This document shows positions 19,916-29,523 of a DNA stretch of 64,000 bases, in pieces; the first letter of the stretch is position 1; the number at the start of each line of letters is the position of its first letter. The notes beneath the pieces were generated by a model that was not told the origin of the DNA, ran no database searches, and saw nothing but the letters and a program-made list of their open reading frames with translations. Location of the stretch: NCBI GenBank assembly GCA_963794945.1, contig CAWCFT010000003.1:59473-123472 (forward strand), written 5' to 3'. Made by a program: the position numbers and the translations under genes. This DNA comes from Endomicrobiales bacterium (lineage in GTDB: Bacteria > Elusimicrobiota > Endomicrobiia > Endomicrobiales > CAWCFT01).

Positions 19916-21718
19916 TTAACGCATCTCTTTTTCCAGTCTGCCTATAACGTCCCCCGCCTCTTCAAATATCGCGCGCATCATTTCCGGCGTAACGCTTGTG
20001 GGCGCGAAGCGCACAAGGTTGCACTCGTCAAGTATCTTCGATACTTTTGAAATAGTATCAGCTTCAACTTTTTTGGATAACAGAATCTCGCTTATAGAGA
20101 CCGTTACAAGGCCGTCGGCCGAGACGTTCGTTTTATTGGCTATAAATTCCAAGAGGGCCCTTGAGATGGCGTTATAGTAGTCAGCGGGCGAGGCGTTAGA
20201 TGCCAGCATCGCTTTGGCTTTCTTCAAATACTTTTTGGCCGTGGACGAAGCGCGCAGGCGCCTTGCGAAAGCTACGTCTCCCGAAAGCTTTTCCTGCCAT
20301 TTTACGTAGCCCAAAAATACGCCCAGCAGGCAAAGAGGAAAAACGTTTACCGCGATAAACCAGGGTTTTTCGTAAAGGATGCCGCCGGAGGCCTTCCAGG
20401 AGTTCAGCGATTTTATGTAGCGTATGTCGCTCTGCATGACGTGGATATCATTCTTTATCCCGAGCATGGCCGCGCTTACGGACTGGCCTGCAGCCGCGGG
20501 CTTTACGTCAAGCGGCATGTCCGGTGTGGAAACCGTGCGGTAGGCTCTCAGCTGGGGGTCAAAATACGAGAAAGCTATGGGCCTGATATTCTTCTGCCCT
20601 GCCGTGAGCGGGACGATGATGGTCTTGAACTCTTTCGAGCCTTTTAATATGTCGCCGTCCTTGTTTATGTTAAGCGAGTTGACTGTTTCGTACTTTTTGA
20701 AATCCTGCCAGTCGGGCAGGACGGGGTCGGGCACGGTTTTTATATTGCCGGTGCCGGAGATGGTTAAGGAAAGAGTAACGGGCTCGTTGGCGCGGACAAA
20801 CTTTTTGTCGAGGGAAGCCGATATCTTGAACTGCCCCACGGCGCCGGAAAAACCGGCCGGCTTGCCGTTCTCGGGCAGGGGCAGGACGTTTATTGTCACA
20901 GGGTTCGTGTGGACTACCTGGGTTTTGCCGCCGGAAAAAAAGCTCGAGAAGAAGGCGTCGCCGGCTTCGTTCTGGCTGAAATCTTCAACGCTGCACTGCA
21001 GCGCGCCCGCGCCGAGGTCGAACCTACCGGACTTGGTGGGGAACAAAAGTGTTTTTACTTCGGTCACCAGGTACTGTATGCCGTTTATGGTGGAATAGTA
21101 GCTCTTGGGCGCGGTGTCCTCTGTCCAGAAGCCGCTGAAGTTGGCCGGGGTGTACTGCGGGTTGGCAAGCAGGCGGATGCGCCTGTAGAACTTGAAAGTA
21201 TAGTTTACCTGCTCGCTTACGTATGCCGTGCTCTTGTCTACGCCCGCCGTTATGAATAGGTTCCGTCCCGCGTCGGTCGCCTGCACCCCGCTGTTGCCGC
21301 TGCCGGACGCCTGGGCCTGTTTAGGCGCTTTACCCGCGGGAAGTACTTCCACCTGTATGGGCTCGGTACGGTACGTTTTGCCGTCTTTCTCGAGAGTTAT
21401 TGGCTGTATCGTGTATTTACCTGTATTTTTCGGGGCGAGTGTGTAGCGGTATATTATTGAGCTGGACATTTGCCCGTTCATTATGGACATGCTCTGCGAC
21501 CGGCCGGAAGAATAGACCGTGAAATTGCCCATGTCCGGTATTGTGGGGTTGGGCAGGTTTGCCATGTTGCCTGAGACTGTGAGCTCGAGCACTATCTGGT
21601 CGTCAAGGGAGATGGAATTCTTGTCTACCGACGCCGATATGGCAATGCCGTCCGCGAAAAGCGGCATGGCGTTAAGCAACAATATTAAGGAAAACGCAGC
21701 GATAAAAAGTTTTTTCAT
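19916..21718 (-). CDS. batD: BatD family protein
   Basis: Signal peptide, Ig-like BatD repeats (ISASVDK...; FSGAVGQF), C-terminal TM; operon context. Confidence 0.88.
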   Translation of the reverse strand: MKKLFIAAFSLILLLNAMPLFADGIAISASVDKNSISLDDQIVLELTVSGNMANLPNPTIPDMGNFTVYSSGRSQSMSIMNGQMSSSIIYRYTLAPKNTGKYTIQPITLEKDGKTYRTEPIQVEVLPAGKAPKQAQASGSGNSGVQATDAGRNLFITAGVDKSTAYVSEQVNYTFKFYRRIRLLANPQYTPANFSGFWTEDTAPKSYYSTINGIQYLVTEVKTLLFPTKSGRFDLGAGALQCSVEDFSQNEAGDAFFSSFFSGGKTQVVHTNPVTINVLPLPENGKPAGFSGAVGQFKISASLDKKFVRANEPVTLSLTISGTGNIKTVPDPVLPDWQDFKKYETVNSLNINKDGDILKGSKEFKTIIVPLTAGQKNIRPIAFSYFDPQLRAYRTVSTPDMPLDVKPAAAGQSVSAAMLGIKNDIHVMQSDIRYIKSLNSWKASGGILYEKPWFIAVNVFPLCLLGVFLGYVKWQEKLSGDVAFARRLRASSTAKKYLKKAKAMLASNASPADYYNAISRALLEFIANKTNVSADGLVTVSISEILLSKKVEADTISKVSKILDECNLVRFAPTSVTPEMMRAIFEEAGDVIGRLEKEMR

Positions 21719-21754
21719 AGTTACATTTCAAGCTGATTGAAAAATCCTCTATTG

Positions 21755-21843
21755 TGTCATTTCGATCCCGCCAGGGCGGTAGAGAAATCTTGCTTTATAT
21801 CCGAGACAAGATCCCTCTCCGCATCTGGCGGATCGGGATGATA
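21755..21843. repeat. REP-like palindromic element (GTCAT...ATGAC family)
   Basis: TGTCATTTCGATCCCGCCAGGGCGG.AGAGAAATCT shared with 15004-15093. Confidence 0.85.
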
Positions 21844-21957
21844 TCTTTGGATAGATTTTTCAATATCCTCAATCTACAAAATATTCAACCCCAAATCAAG
21901 AAGCGCCTTCTTATATTTTAGAAATTAGGATTTCGATATTAGATATTGCCTTTAATG

Positions 21958-22614
21958 CTACCAGTCCTCATCCGTTTTGGGCTGCTCGGGCTGCTTCATT
22001 TTCCGCTTGTCGGCGCCCATTTTTTCCTGGTCGTTGTAGTACTGCAGTATCCTCTGGGCGTCTTCCTTGGACATTTGGTTCTTGTTCTTATCTTTTTTAT
22101 CTTTGTCGTCCTGTTTGCCGGCGCCGGCGTTCTGCTTTTTGTCCTTGTCGTTATCTTTGCCGTTCTTGTTCTTGTCGTTCTTCTGTTTCGGCATGTTCTT
22201 GTTGTTCAAGAGGTATTCGAGGTTGTACTTGGCGTCCATGTCCCTGGGGTTTAGCTCGAGGCATTTTATGTAATTTTTGATAGCTTCATCCGGCTTTTGC
22301 TGGGCGTAAGCGTTGTTGCCCATGTTGTAGTAGACCTTGCTGCGGAGCATCTTGTCCTTGGTGTTGAGCGCCTTCGTATATTCTGTGTTAGATTCGTCGT
22401 AACTGCCGGTCTTGTGCAGAGCGTCGCCGATGTTGTAGTACACAATGGGGTTATCCGGCGCGGCCATCTGCGCCTCCCTGTATTTATCGAGCGACTTATC
22501 GTACTCGCTGCTTTTGTAAAGGCTGTTGCCGGAAAGGACGTTACCATAAGCCGTGGCAAAGGCATTCCGCGAGAAGAGAATTAGGAGTGTTGACAAAATT
22601 AAGTATTTTTTCAT
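21958..22614 (-). CDS. batC: BatC-like TPR protein
   Basis: TPRs (YYNIGDALHK, YYNMGNNAY, DAKYNLE), Lys/Asp-rich linker, MSKEDAQRIL, C-terminal DW. Confidence 0.85.
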   Translation of the reverse strand: MKKYLILSTLLILFSRNAFATAYGNVLSGNSLYKSSEYDKSLDKYREAQMAAPDNPIVYYNIGDALHKTGSYDESNTEYTKALNTKDKMLRSKVYYNMGNNAYAQQKPDEAIKNYIKCLELNPRDMDAKYNLEYLLNNKNMPKQKNDKNKNGKDNDKDKKQNAGAGKQDDKDKKDKNKNQMSKEDAQRILQYYNDQEKMGADKRKMKQPEQPKTDEDW

Positions 22615-22662
22615 ATCTGTTCCAATAAAGAAGTCATTTCTGTGAAAGCAGCAGCTCCATAT

Positions 22663-22757
22663 AATCCCTTCTCCCCTTGCGGGAGAAGGTGGGGATGAGG
22701 GGGGGGGGTACTAACTTTCACCCTCACCTCAATCCTCTCCCGTCAAGGGAGAGGATT
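22663..22757. repeat. REP-like element of the CCCTCTCCC...GGGAGAGG type
   Basis: Hairpins CCTTCTCCC-CTTGC-GGGAGAAGG and CCTCTCCC-GTCAA-GGGAGAGG in a larger inverted arrangement. Confidence 0.8.
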
Positions 22758-22799
22758 CAAACAAAAACAACCGATATCGCATAGCTGCAATGCAATGGT

Positions 22800-23804
22800 T
22801 TAATTGTCTCTCCTCTTTGTTTCTGGTATAAAATATTCAGCCAGCAGAAGCAGGAGCCCCAGGAAAAGGAAATACTGGTAGCGGTCCTCCAGCTGCCTGT
22901 TGAGCCGGGAAGACACCTTGCTTTTCTCAAGGCCGCTTATCCCGTCCACTATCCTTATCACGTCAACGTTACCGCCCTCGGCCCTAAAATATTCGCCGCC
23001 GGTGGTGGATGCTATCTTAGAAAGGAGAGTTTCGTCCATCTTTGACATCACAACTTCGCCCTTTTTGTTCTTCTTGTAGCCGGCGAACTTGCCGGCCTCG
23101 TCTTTTAGAGGTATAGGCTCGCCGTTAACGCTGCCGTAGCCTATGGTGAATATCTTGACCCCCTGGCTGCGGGCGAGGTCTGCCGCGCCGAGCGGGTCGG
23201 AATCGTGGTCCTCGCCGTCGGTCAGGAGCACTATGGCCTTTGAGCCCGGGGCGGATTTTGAAAGCCCCTTGAGCCCCAGCCTTATGGCGCCGCCGATGGA
23301 CGTGCCAGGCATGGGTATGAGGTTCGTGTCCATGATCTCCAGGAAAAGGTTAACGCTCGCTATATCAAGCGTGAGCGGGCACTGCCAGAAAGGGACACCA
23401 GCGAAAGCTATTATGCCCACCCGGTTGCCGCTCAGCTGGTTTATAAGCATCGCGAGCGTGCTCTTGGCTTTATCGAGCCGGCTGGGCTTAATATCTTCGG
23501 CCAGCATGCTCTTTGAGACGTCCACCGCTATGACGACATCAGAGGCTTTCTGTTTTACTTCGACGAGCTTCGAACCGAACTGCGGCCGCGCGAGCGAGAA
23601 TATTATGAAGAACAGCGCGAGGAGCAGTATCACCGCTTTCAATTTCTGGAGCGACGGGTTTGCCGATGATATCTTGCCTAGCATCTTGTCTTCGGCGAAA
23701 GCCAGCAGAGCTTTCTTCTTTGCCCTGAAAGAGAACATGAAAAAGACCGCGAGCGCCGGCACCGCGAGCAGAAAGAATAAAATGTTTTGGTTAGCGAAAT
23801 TCAT
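22800..23804 (-). CDS. batB: BatB-like vWA domain protein
   Basis: LARPQFG, MIDAS DVSKSM, LLTDGED. Confidence 0.88.
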   Translation of the reverse strand: MNFANQNILFFLLAVPALAVFFMFSFRAKKKALLAFAEDKMLGKISSANPSLQKLKAVILLLALFFIIFSLARPQFGSKLVEVKQKASDVVIAVDVSKSMLAEDIKPSRLDKAKSTLAMLINQLSGNRVGIIAFAGVPFWQCPLTLDIASVNLFLEIMDTNLIPMPGTSIGGAIRLGLKGLSKSAPGSKAIVLLTDGEDHDSDPLGAADLARSQGVKIFTIGYGSVNGEPIPLKDEAGKFAGYKKNKKGEVVMSKMDETLLSKIASTTGGEYFRAEGGNVDVIRIVDGISGLEKSKVSSRLNRQLEDRYQYFLFLGLLLLLAEYFIPETKRRDN

Positions 23805-23819
23805 GGTTAAACCTTATTA

Positions 23820-23891
23820 TAAGATTAAAAATTATAAGATTTCGAAAATTAAGTCGTCAATCTTAAATCTTCATAATTTTCAATCTTCAAT
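23820..23891. repeat. Heptamer-periodic inverted repeat element (AT-rich)
   Basis: aagatta aaattat aagattt versus aatctta aatcttc aattttc aatcttc. Confidence 0.65.
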
Positions 23892-23899
23892 TGTCTTTA

Positions 23900-24892
23900 T
23901 TAAGGCAGTTTCCTCAGCCAGAAACTGGACAAAAATATTTCCAGGCCGAACAACAAGAACGCCGGCCAGAGAAAATACATAAAGTGTTCTATGTAGCTAG
24001 TGTATTTAAGCGATTTTATCTCGGTTTTTTCCATGCTGTTTATGGTCTTGATGATGTTCTCCAGCGAGGCGCTGTCCGTGGCCCTGAAATACCTGCCGCC
24101 TGTTGCTTCGGCTATCTTGAGAAGCGTGTCTTCGTCCAGCTCCTGCTCCGGGATCTTAACGTAGTGCTTGCCCCACATGTCTTCTACGGGGTAAAGCGCG
24201 CCGCCCGGCGCCCCCGTGCCGATAGTGTATATCTTTACACCCAGCGCGCCGGCCGCCTGCGCCGCGGTTATTGGGTCGATCTCGCCCGCGTTGTTGCGCC
24301 CGTCCGTAAGCAGTATCATCACCTTGCTTTTGCCCGGGCTGTCCTTAAGGCGGTTTGTGGCCGTTGCAATAGCCGAGCCGATGGCCGTGCCGTCGCCGCC
24401 GGTCATGTTGACCTCAACCTGGTCGATGAAGTTCATCACGGCTTCGTGGTCGATCGTAAGAGGGCACTGCGTGAAAGCAAGGCCTGAAAATATGACCACG
24501 CCTATCCTGTCGTATTTCCTTCCTTCAACGAACTCTTTGGCGACCCTCTTGGCCGCTTCTATCCGGTTGGCGGGCTTAAAATCTATAGCCAGCATGCTTG
24601 AAGATGTGTCGAGCACCATCATAATGTCTATACCCTGGTTGTATATCTCCTCGGTATTCTGCCCGGACTGGGGCCGCGCCATTGCCACCAGCAAAAGCGT
24701 GACAGCCATGAGCCTTAACACCTTGGGGAGAAAAGCGAGCTTTACCCTGGGCGACGGGTTTATGCCTTCAAAGCCCTGCCCGGGAAACGTTATAACAGAG
24801 TTATCGTTCCGCGAACGGTATTTTTCTTTTAGAAAAACCGCTATCGCTATTATTATCAATAAAAAAAGGTAAATTGGGTTAGCGAATCTCAT
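23900..24892 (-). CDS. batA: BatA-like vWA domain protein
   Basis: MRFANP, MARPQ, MIDAS DTSSSM, GTAIGSAI, LLTDGRNN. Confidence 0.9.
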   Translation of the reverse strand: MRFANPIYLFLLIIIAIAVFLKEKYRSRNDNSVITFPGQGFEGINPSPRVKLAFLPKVLRLMAVTLLLVAMARPQSGQNTEEIYNQGIDIMMVLDTSSSMLAIDFKPANRIEAAKRVAKEFVEGRKYDRIGVVIFSGLAFTQCPLTIDHEAVMNFIDQVEVNMTGGDGTAIGSAIATATNRLKDSPGKSKVMILLTDGRNNAGEIDPITAAQAAGALGVKIYTIGTGAPGGALYPVEDMWGKHYVKIPEQELDEDTLLKIAEATGGRYFRATDSASLENIIKTINSMEKTEIKSLKYTSYIEHFMYFLWPAFLLFGLEIFLSSFWLRKLP

Positions 24893-24902
24893 AGAAATTC
24901 CT

Positions 24903-24983
24903 GTTTCGAGTTACGGGTTTTGAGTTCCTGGTTAGGAGCCTAAAGTCTTTAAACACGAAACTCGAAACTTATAACGCGAAACT
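24903..24983. repeat. Heptamer-periodic inverted repeat element
   Basis: gtttcga gttacgg gttttga gttcctg ... aaacacg aaactcg aaactta taacgcg aaact. Confidence 0.75.
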
Positions 24984-25887
24984 ATATTTCAACTATCTGT
25001 TTCGCCTTGTCAAAATCTTCCCAGACCGTCTTTTCGTCAGGTTTATATTTGGCGAATTTCACTAGGTCGCACTCTTCAAAAAATTCCTTTATGAAGACCA
25101 GCGCTTTCTTGTCCGGCTCGGCTGCGCGCAGCAGCTGGTATATCTCGCCCGTGGTCTTGTCCAGCGTGTCTATGGAATAGACCGCGCCGAGGTATTTGCG
25201 GATTATGTCGGTCAGTGCGATATAGAATTCTTTTTTCCTCTCTTCTTTGACAAGGCCGGAATTCTTAAGTTTTTCGAGCTCTTCCATCGCTATCTCGTAA
25301 GGCGGCACCGCGGGTATAACCGGGCCCGCGGGAAGCTGGGGCAGTGATTTCCTGTATTTCTGGTACCAGTACCATGCGCCAAAACCGATACCGGCGATGA
25401 TGATGATTATAAGGAGATAGACTCCTGCCGGTATCCTGAGGCTGAGCGGCGGTTTTATGTCCCGCAGCGCAGGCGGGCCTTTAACCAGGCCCATCACGCT
25501 TTCTATCGTTATGGGAATTGCCTGCGTTGTCGCGGTGAACGTGGAGTTGGCGGCGTCAAAAAAGTTGAAAGTTATTTCCGGGACCGGTATCTGGCCGGTA
25601 GTAAAAACAGCGAGGGTATAGTTGAGCTTTGTGACAAGGTTGCCTTTTGTCTCCTGGGAAACTTTTACGTCTCTGACTTCCCAGGGCCCTATCTCTTCTT
25701 GTTTTTCCGGGATGGCGGGCTTATAACCGGCCGGGCAGGTGAGCGTGACGGTAAGGGCCAATGGATCGCCGATAGTAATTTGGGCCTTGTCCGCCTTCGC
25801 GGCCGCGGAAACGTTTGCGTCGTCCGCGTACAATGCCGCGGCACCCAAAAGAAGCGGTATGGTTAATGTCAAAAATATTTTGCGCAT
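24982..25887 (-). CDS. BatD-like/DUF4381-type membrane protein of the moxR-bat operon
   Basis: Signal peptide, Ig-like domain, LRDIKPP, TM, PPYEIAMEEL, FYIALTDIIRKYL, DLVKFAK. Confidence 0.8.
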   Translation of the reverse strand: MRKIFLTLTIPLLLGAAALYADDANVSAAAKADKAQITIGDPLALTVTLTCPAGYKPAIPEKQEEIGPWEVRDVKVSQETKGNLVTKLNYTLAVFTTGQIPVPEITFNFFDAANSTFTATTQAIPITIESVMGLVKGPPALRDIKPPLSLRIPAGVYLLIIIIIAGIGFGAWYWYQKYRKSLPQLPAGPVIPAVPPYEIAMEELEKLKNSGLVKEERKKEFYIALTDIIRKYLGAVYSIDTLDKTTGEIYQLLRAAEPDKKALVFIKEFFEECDLVKFAKYKPDEKTVWEDFDKAKQIVEI

Positions 25888-25905
25888 ATTATATTATAAA
25901 GGAGT

Positions 25906-26784
25906 TTAGCTTAGCCTCTTTTCCCTGCGTTTAAAGAACTGTATGAGCGGCTTTATGTAAGACTCGCCAGTCGAAACTGAAATGGAGTCAACGCCAGCCT
26001 TTACAAAAAGCCTCTTGAGGCTCTCGCTGCGGGCCGCTTTGCGTTTCAAGTATTCGCCTATAAAGAACCTGTCGGACGCGTCAATGTCCATGCGCCTGCC
26101 GGTCTCGGGGTCCTCGATGCTGACCATGCCGATCGGAGGAATGTCGGCCTCACGGGGGTCCTGGAACTTTACCGCAATTAGATCGTGTTTCCTGCTGGTT
26201 ATCCTCAGGGCGGGTTCGAAATCCTTGTCCTCAAAATCAGAAAGGAGGAAGACCACCGCCTTCCTGCGCCAGAGCTCGTTTAAGTACTGCATTGCGAGCG
26301 TGAGGTCGGTGCCTTTACCGCTGGGCTTGAAATACAACGCCTCGCGGATCAGCCTCAATATGTGGTTCCTTCCCTTTTTGGGCCGGATAACTTTTTCTAT
26401 ACGGTCTGTGAACATTATCATGCCGACGCGGTCGTTGTTCCTGATCGCCGAGAAGGCTATGACTGAGGCGAGCTCGGCCGTGAGCTCGGATTTGAACTTG
26501 TCCTTTGTGCCGAACTTCTGCGACGCAGAAACGTCAACAAGAAGGATGACGGTGAGCTCCCTTTCCTCTGTGAACTTCTTTATGAAAGGGCGCCCGTAGC
26601 GGGCCGTGACGTTCCAGTCTATGGAGCGCACATCGTCGCCCGGCATGTACTCGCGCACTTCGGCGAACTCCATGCCTCGGCCCTTGAAGACGCTGGAATA
26701 CTGGCCGGCGAATATCTCGTTAACGAGCTTGCCAGAACGGATCTCTATTTTGCGGACTTGAGCGAGTATTTCTTTTGGGATCAT
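25906..26784 (-). CDS. DUF58 domain protein
   Basis: KGRGMEFAEVREYMPGDDVRSIDWNVTAR, EERE, DVSASQ, LSDF. Confidence 0.93.
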   Translation of the reverse strand: MIPKEILAQVRKIEIRSGKLVNEIFAGQYSSVFKGRGMEFAEVREYMPGDDVRSIDWNVTARYGRPFIKKFTEERELTVILLVDVSASQKFGTKDKFKSELTAELASVIAFSAIRNNDRVGMIMFTDRIEKVIRPKKGRNHILRLIREALYFKPSGKGTDLTLAMQYLNELWRRKAVVFLLSDFEDKDFEPALRITSRKHDLIAVKFQDPREADIPPIGMVSIEDPETGRRMDIDASDRFFIGEYLKRKAARSESLKRLFVKAGVDSISVSTGESYIKPLIQFFKRREKRLS

Positions 26785-26796
26785 TGTAAAACCTCA

Positions 26797-26873
26797 GTTA
26801 TAAACTTTAAGCTATAAGCTGTAAGAAATTCAAAGACTTTTCTTATAACTTACAGCTTACCGCTTATAGCTTG
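26797..26873. repeat. Heptamer-periodic inverted repeat element
   Basis: gttataa actttaa gctataa gctgtaa ... cttataa cttacag cttaccg cttatag. Confidence 0.8.
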
Positions 26874-26875
26874 TG

Positions 26876-27871
26876 TCACGGAACTTCAACACCGTCGAAT
26901 ATCTGTTTGATTATGTCTTCTGACGTCATTTCTTCGGCTTCGGCTTCGTACGACAGAAGCACGCGGTGGCGCAGGACGTCGAGGCCGATTATCTTCACGT
27001 CTTCAGGGGTAACGTAGCCGCGGCCCTGCAGGAACGCGTAGGCCTTGGAAGCGAGCGTGAGGTAAATTGTCGCACGGGGAGAAGCGCCGAAAGCTATAAG
27101 GGGTTTTAGGTCCTTTAAGTTGTAGTTCTCGGGTTCCCTGGTCGCGAACACTATGTCAACTATGTAATTTTTCACTTTCTCGTCTACGTATATCTCTTTG
27201 ACCGTGTCCTGGGCCTTTCTTATGTCTTCCGGGGTGATCACGGGTTTTATCTTTATATCCTGGCCGGAAGTCATTCTTTCTAGTATCTGTTTTTCTTCCT
27301 GCTTGTTGGGGTAGGTGATCTTAAGCTTGAGCATGAAACGGTCAACCTGCGCTTCGGGCAGCGGGTAAGTGCCTTCCTGCTCGATGGGGTTCTGCGTGGC
27401 TAGCACAAGGAACGGGCTGGGAAGGGGGAAAGTTGTGTCGCCGATGGTAACCTGGTTTTCCTGCATCGCTTCAAGGAGAGCGCTCTGCACCTTGGCGGGC
27501 GCGCGGTTAATTTCGTCGGCTAAAATGAGGTTGGCGAAAATGGGGCCCTTTTTCACCGAGAAAGTAGCGTCTTTCGGGCTGTAGACAAGCGTGCCGATGA
27601 TATCCGCCGGTAGGAGGTCGGGCGTAAACTGCAGCCTCTGGAATTTAGTTTGTATGGCGGACGAAAGTGTTTTTACCGCGAGCGTTTTCGCGAGGCCCGG
27701 CACGCCTTCCAAAAGTATGTGCCCGTTGGACAGGAGGCCGATGAGCATGCGCTCGACAACGTAAGACTGGCCCACTATCACTTGGCTTATCTCGTTGGTA
27801 AGCTGGACTATGAAAGTACTTTCCTTCTTTACCTTCTCATTGATCTCCCTGATGTCCCTTGATTCAACCAT
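26876..27871 (-). CDS. moxR: MoxR family AAA+ ATPase
   Basis: LLEGVPGLAKT, QFTPDLLPADI, DEINRA, ATQNPIEQEGTYPLPEAQVDRF, GASPRA. Confidence 0.95.
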   Translation of the reverse strand: MVESRDIREINEKVKKESTFIVQLTNEISQVIVGQSYVVERMLIGLLSNGHILLEGVPGLAKTLAVKTLSSAIQTKFQRLQFTPDLLPADIIGTLVYSPKDATFSVKKGPIFANLILADEINRAPAKVQSALLEAMQENQVTIGDTTFPLPSPFLVLATQNPIEQEGTYPLPEAQVDRFMLKLKITYPNKQEEKQILERMTSGQDIKIKPVITPEDIRKAQDTVKEIYVDEKVKNYIVDIVFATREPENYNLKDLKPLIAFGASPRATIYLTLASKAYAFLQGRGYVTPEDVKIIGLDVLRHRVLLSYEAEAEEMTSEDIIKQIFDGVEVP

Positions 27872-27903
27872 GGTTTCCTCCTGGTAACGATCTTTTTTTG
27901 AAA

Positions 27904-27934
27904 ATTATATATAAAATTTTTAAATTCTTGTCAA
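27904..27934 (-). promoter_or_regulatory. Sigma70-type promoter of the moxR-bat operon
   Basis: TTGACA followed at 17-19 nt by TATATA/TATAAT. Confidence 0.6.
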
Positions 27935-28122
27935 GAGTTTCTGTTTAAAATCAATATCAAGCGCTAAAAAACTAATTTTACCGTCAATCAGTGCAGTCCA
28001 CCCGGTTTGCATTTTTAGACACTGTATCATGCGGAAAAGTTTCAGCGCGGTTGGGCTGGCAACACAAAACAGCGAAGTGCAGGTTGGGTAAAGCGCAAGT
28101 AACTCTTGCGAAAGGTGAACGG

Positions 28123-29387
28123 TCAAGACCGGATCTCACCGTTGCCATAGACTTTATATTTTGTGCTGGTAAGCTCTTTAAGCCCCATGGTGCCCCGGGC
28201 GTGCAGCTTCTGTGTGGATATGCCTATCTCCGAGCCGAAACCGAAAATGCCGCCGTCGTGGAGCCTTGTTGACGCGTTGTGCATGACAGCCGCGGAGTCC
28301 ACCTCATTTAGGAATCTCTCGGCAGCGGTTTTGTCCTGGGTTACTATGGCATCGGAATGGCCCGAGCCGTGTTTGTTTATATGGTTGATAGCCTCGTCAA
28401 GCGAGCCCACGACCTTGATGGAGATTATCATGGCGAGGTATTCCTCAGACCAGTCTTCCTCAACGGCCGGTATAACGTTCGGGACGAGCTTTTTTGTTAC
28501 AGGGCAGCGCGCACTTCTACGCCGGCTTTCTTGTAGTCGGTGCATGCGGCCGGCAAAAATTTATCAGCTATGTCCTTGTGGACGAGAAGCGTTTCCATAG
28601 CGTTGCAGACGCCCGGCCTTTGGCACTTGGCGTTGAACGCGATCTTCCTTGCCATCTCTATGTTTGCCGCTTTGTCAACGTAGGTGTGGCAGAGGCCCTT
28701 GCCGTGCGAAAGCACCGGCACGGTAGCGTTTTCACGCACGAAACGTATCATCTCTTCCCCGCCGCGCGGGATGACGAGGTCTATGAACTGGTCGAGCTTT
28801 ATCATCTCAAGTATGGCCTTGCGGTCGGTTGTCTCAATGAACTCGATGGCTCCTTCTGGAAGGCCTGCGGCGTAGGCTGCCGGAGCGATAGTTTTTATCA
28901 GCATATGGTTTGAGTTTATGGCTTCAGAGCCGCCCCTGAGTATCACGGCGTTGCCGGATTTAAGGCAAAGGCCTGCGGCTTCTACCGTTACGTTCGGGCG
29001 CGATTCGTATACCATGGCCACGACGCCAAGCGGCACGCGAACTTTCTGTATATGAATGCCTGCCGGAGGGGTCCAGTCGGCTATTATTTCACCGATGGGG
29101 TCGGCAAGGGCGGCGATATCCCTAAGAGCCCTGGCCATATCCTGGATCCTGCTCTCATCTAGTTTGAGCCGGTCTAAAAGCGCGTCATTTAAGCCTGCTT
29201 CTTTTGCGGCTTCAACATCTATCTCGTTGTGGAATATTATATCGTCTTTGCCTTTGATGAGGGCTTCTGCCATCGCTACCAGTATCTTGTTCTTTGTTTC
29301 AGTAGGCACAAGCGAAAGCTTCCTGGAAGCGATCTTCGCTCTCATGGCGTGAGTAACAACTACCTGCTTGATCTCTTTTTCTTCCAT
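28123..29387 (-). CDS. proA: Gamma-glutamyl phosphate reductase (frameshift near 28505)
   Basis: [67 protein letters not shown]. Confidence 0.95.
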
Positions 29388-29406
29388 AAATCACTCCCCA
29401 AAATTT

Positions 29407-29510
29407 TGTCATCCGCCAATGATTTGTGGCGGATCCACTTCGTTAATCTATTATCGATGCATTATAACAGCATATGTTCTGGACCCCCGATTGAACCCTC
29501 GGGGATGACA
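29407..29510. repeat. REP-like palindromic element (GTCAT...ATGAC family)
   Basis: TGTCATCCGCC...GGCGGATCCA ... TGGACCCCCGA...TCGGGGATGACA. Confidence 0.7.
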
Positions 29511-29523
29511 GTCTAATTTTTAA

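Noticed and set aside
22699..22708. G10 tract as a phase-variation switch
   Set aside because: It is intergenic, inside a REP-like element, and homopolymer length is unreliable in this assembly
23143..26599. Long + strand ORFs opposite the bat genes (and similar antisense ORFs elsewhere in the track)
   Set aside because: Shadow frames of well-supported genes on the other strand, without motifs or RBS
27990..28120. Possible ncRNA between proA and the moxR promoter
   Set aside because: No recognisable motif or convincing stable structure by eye
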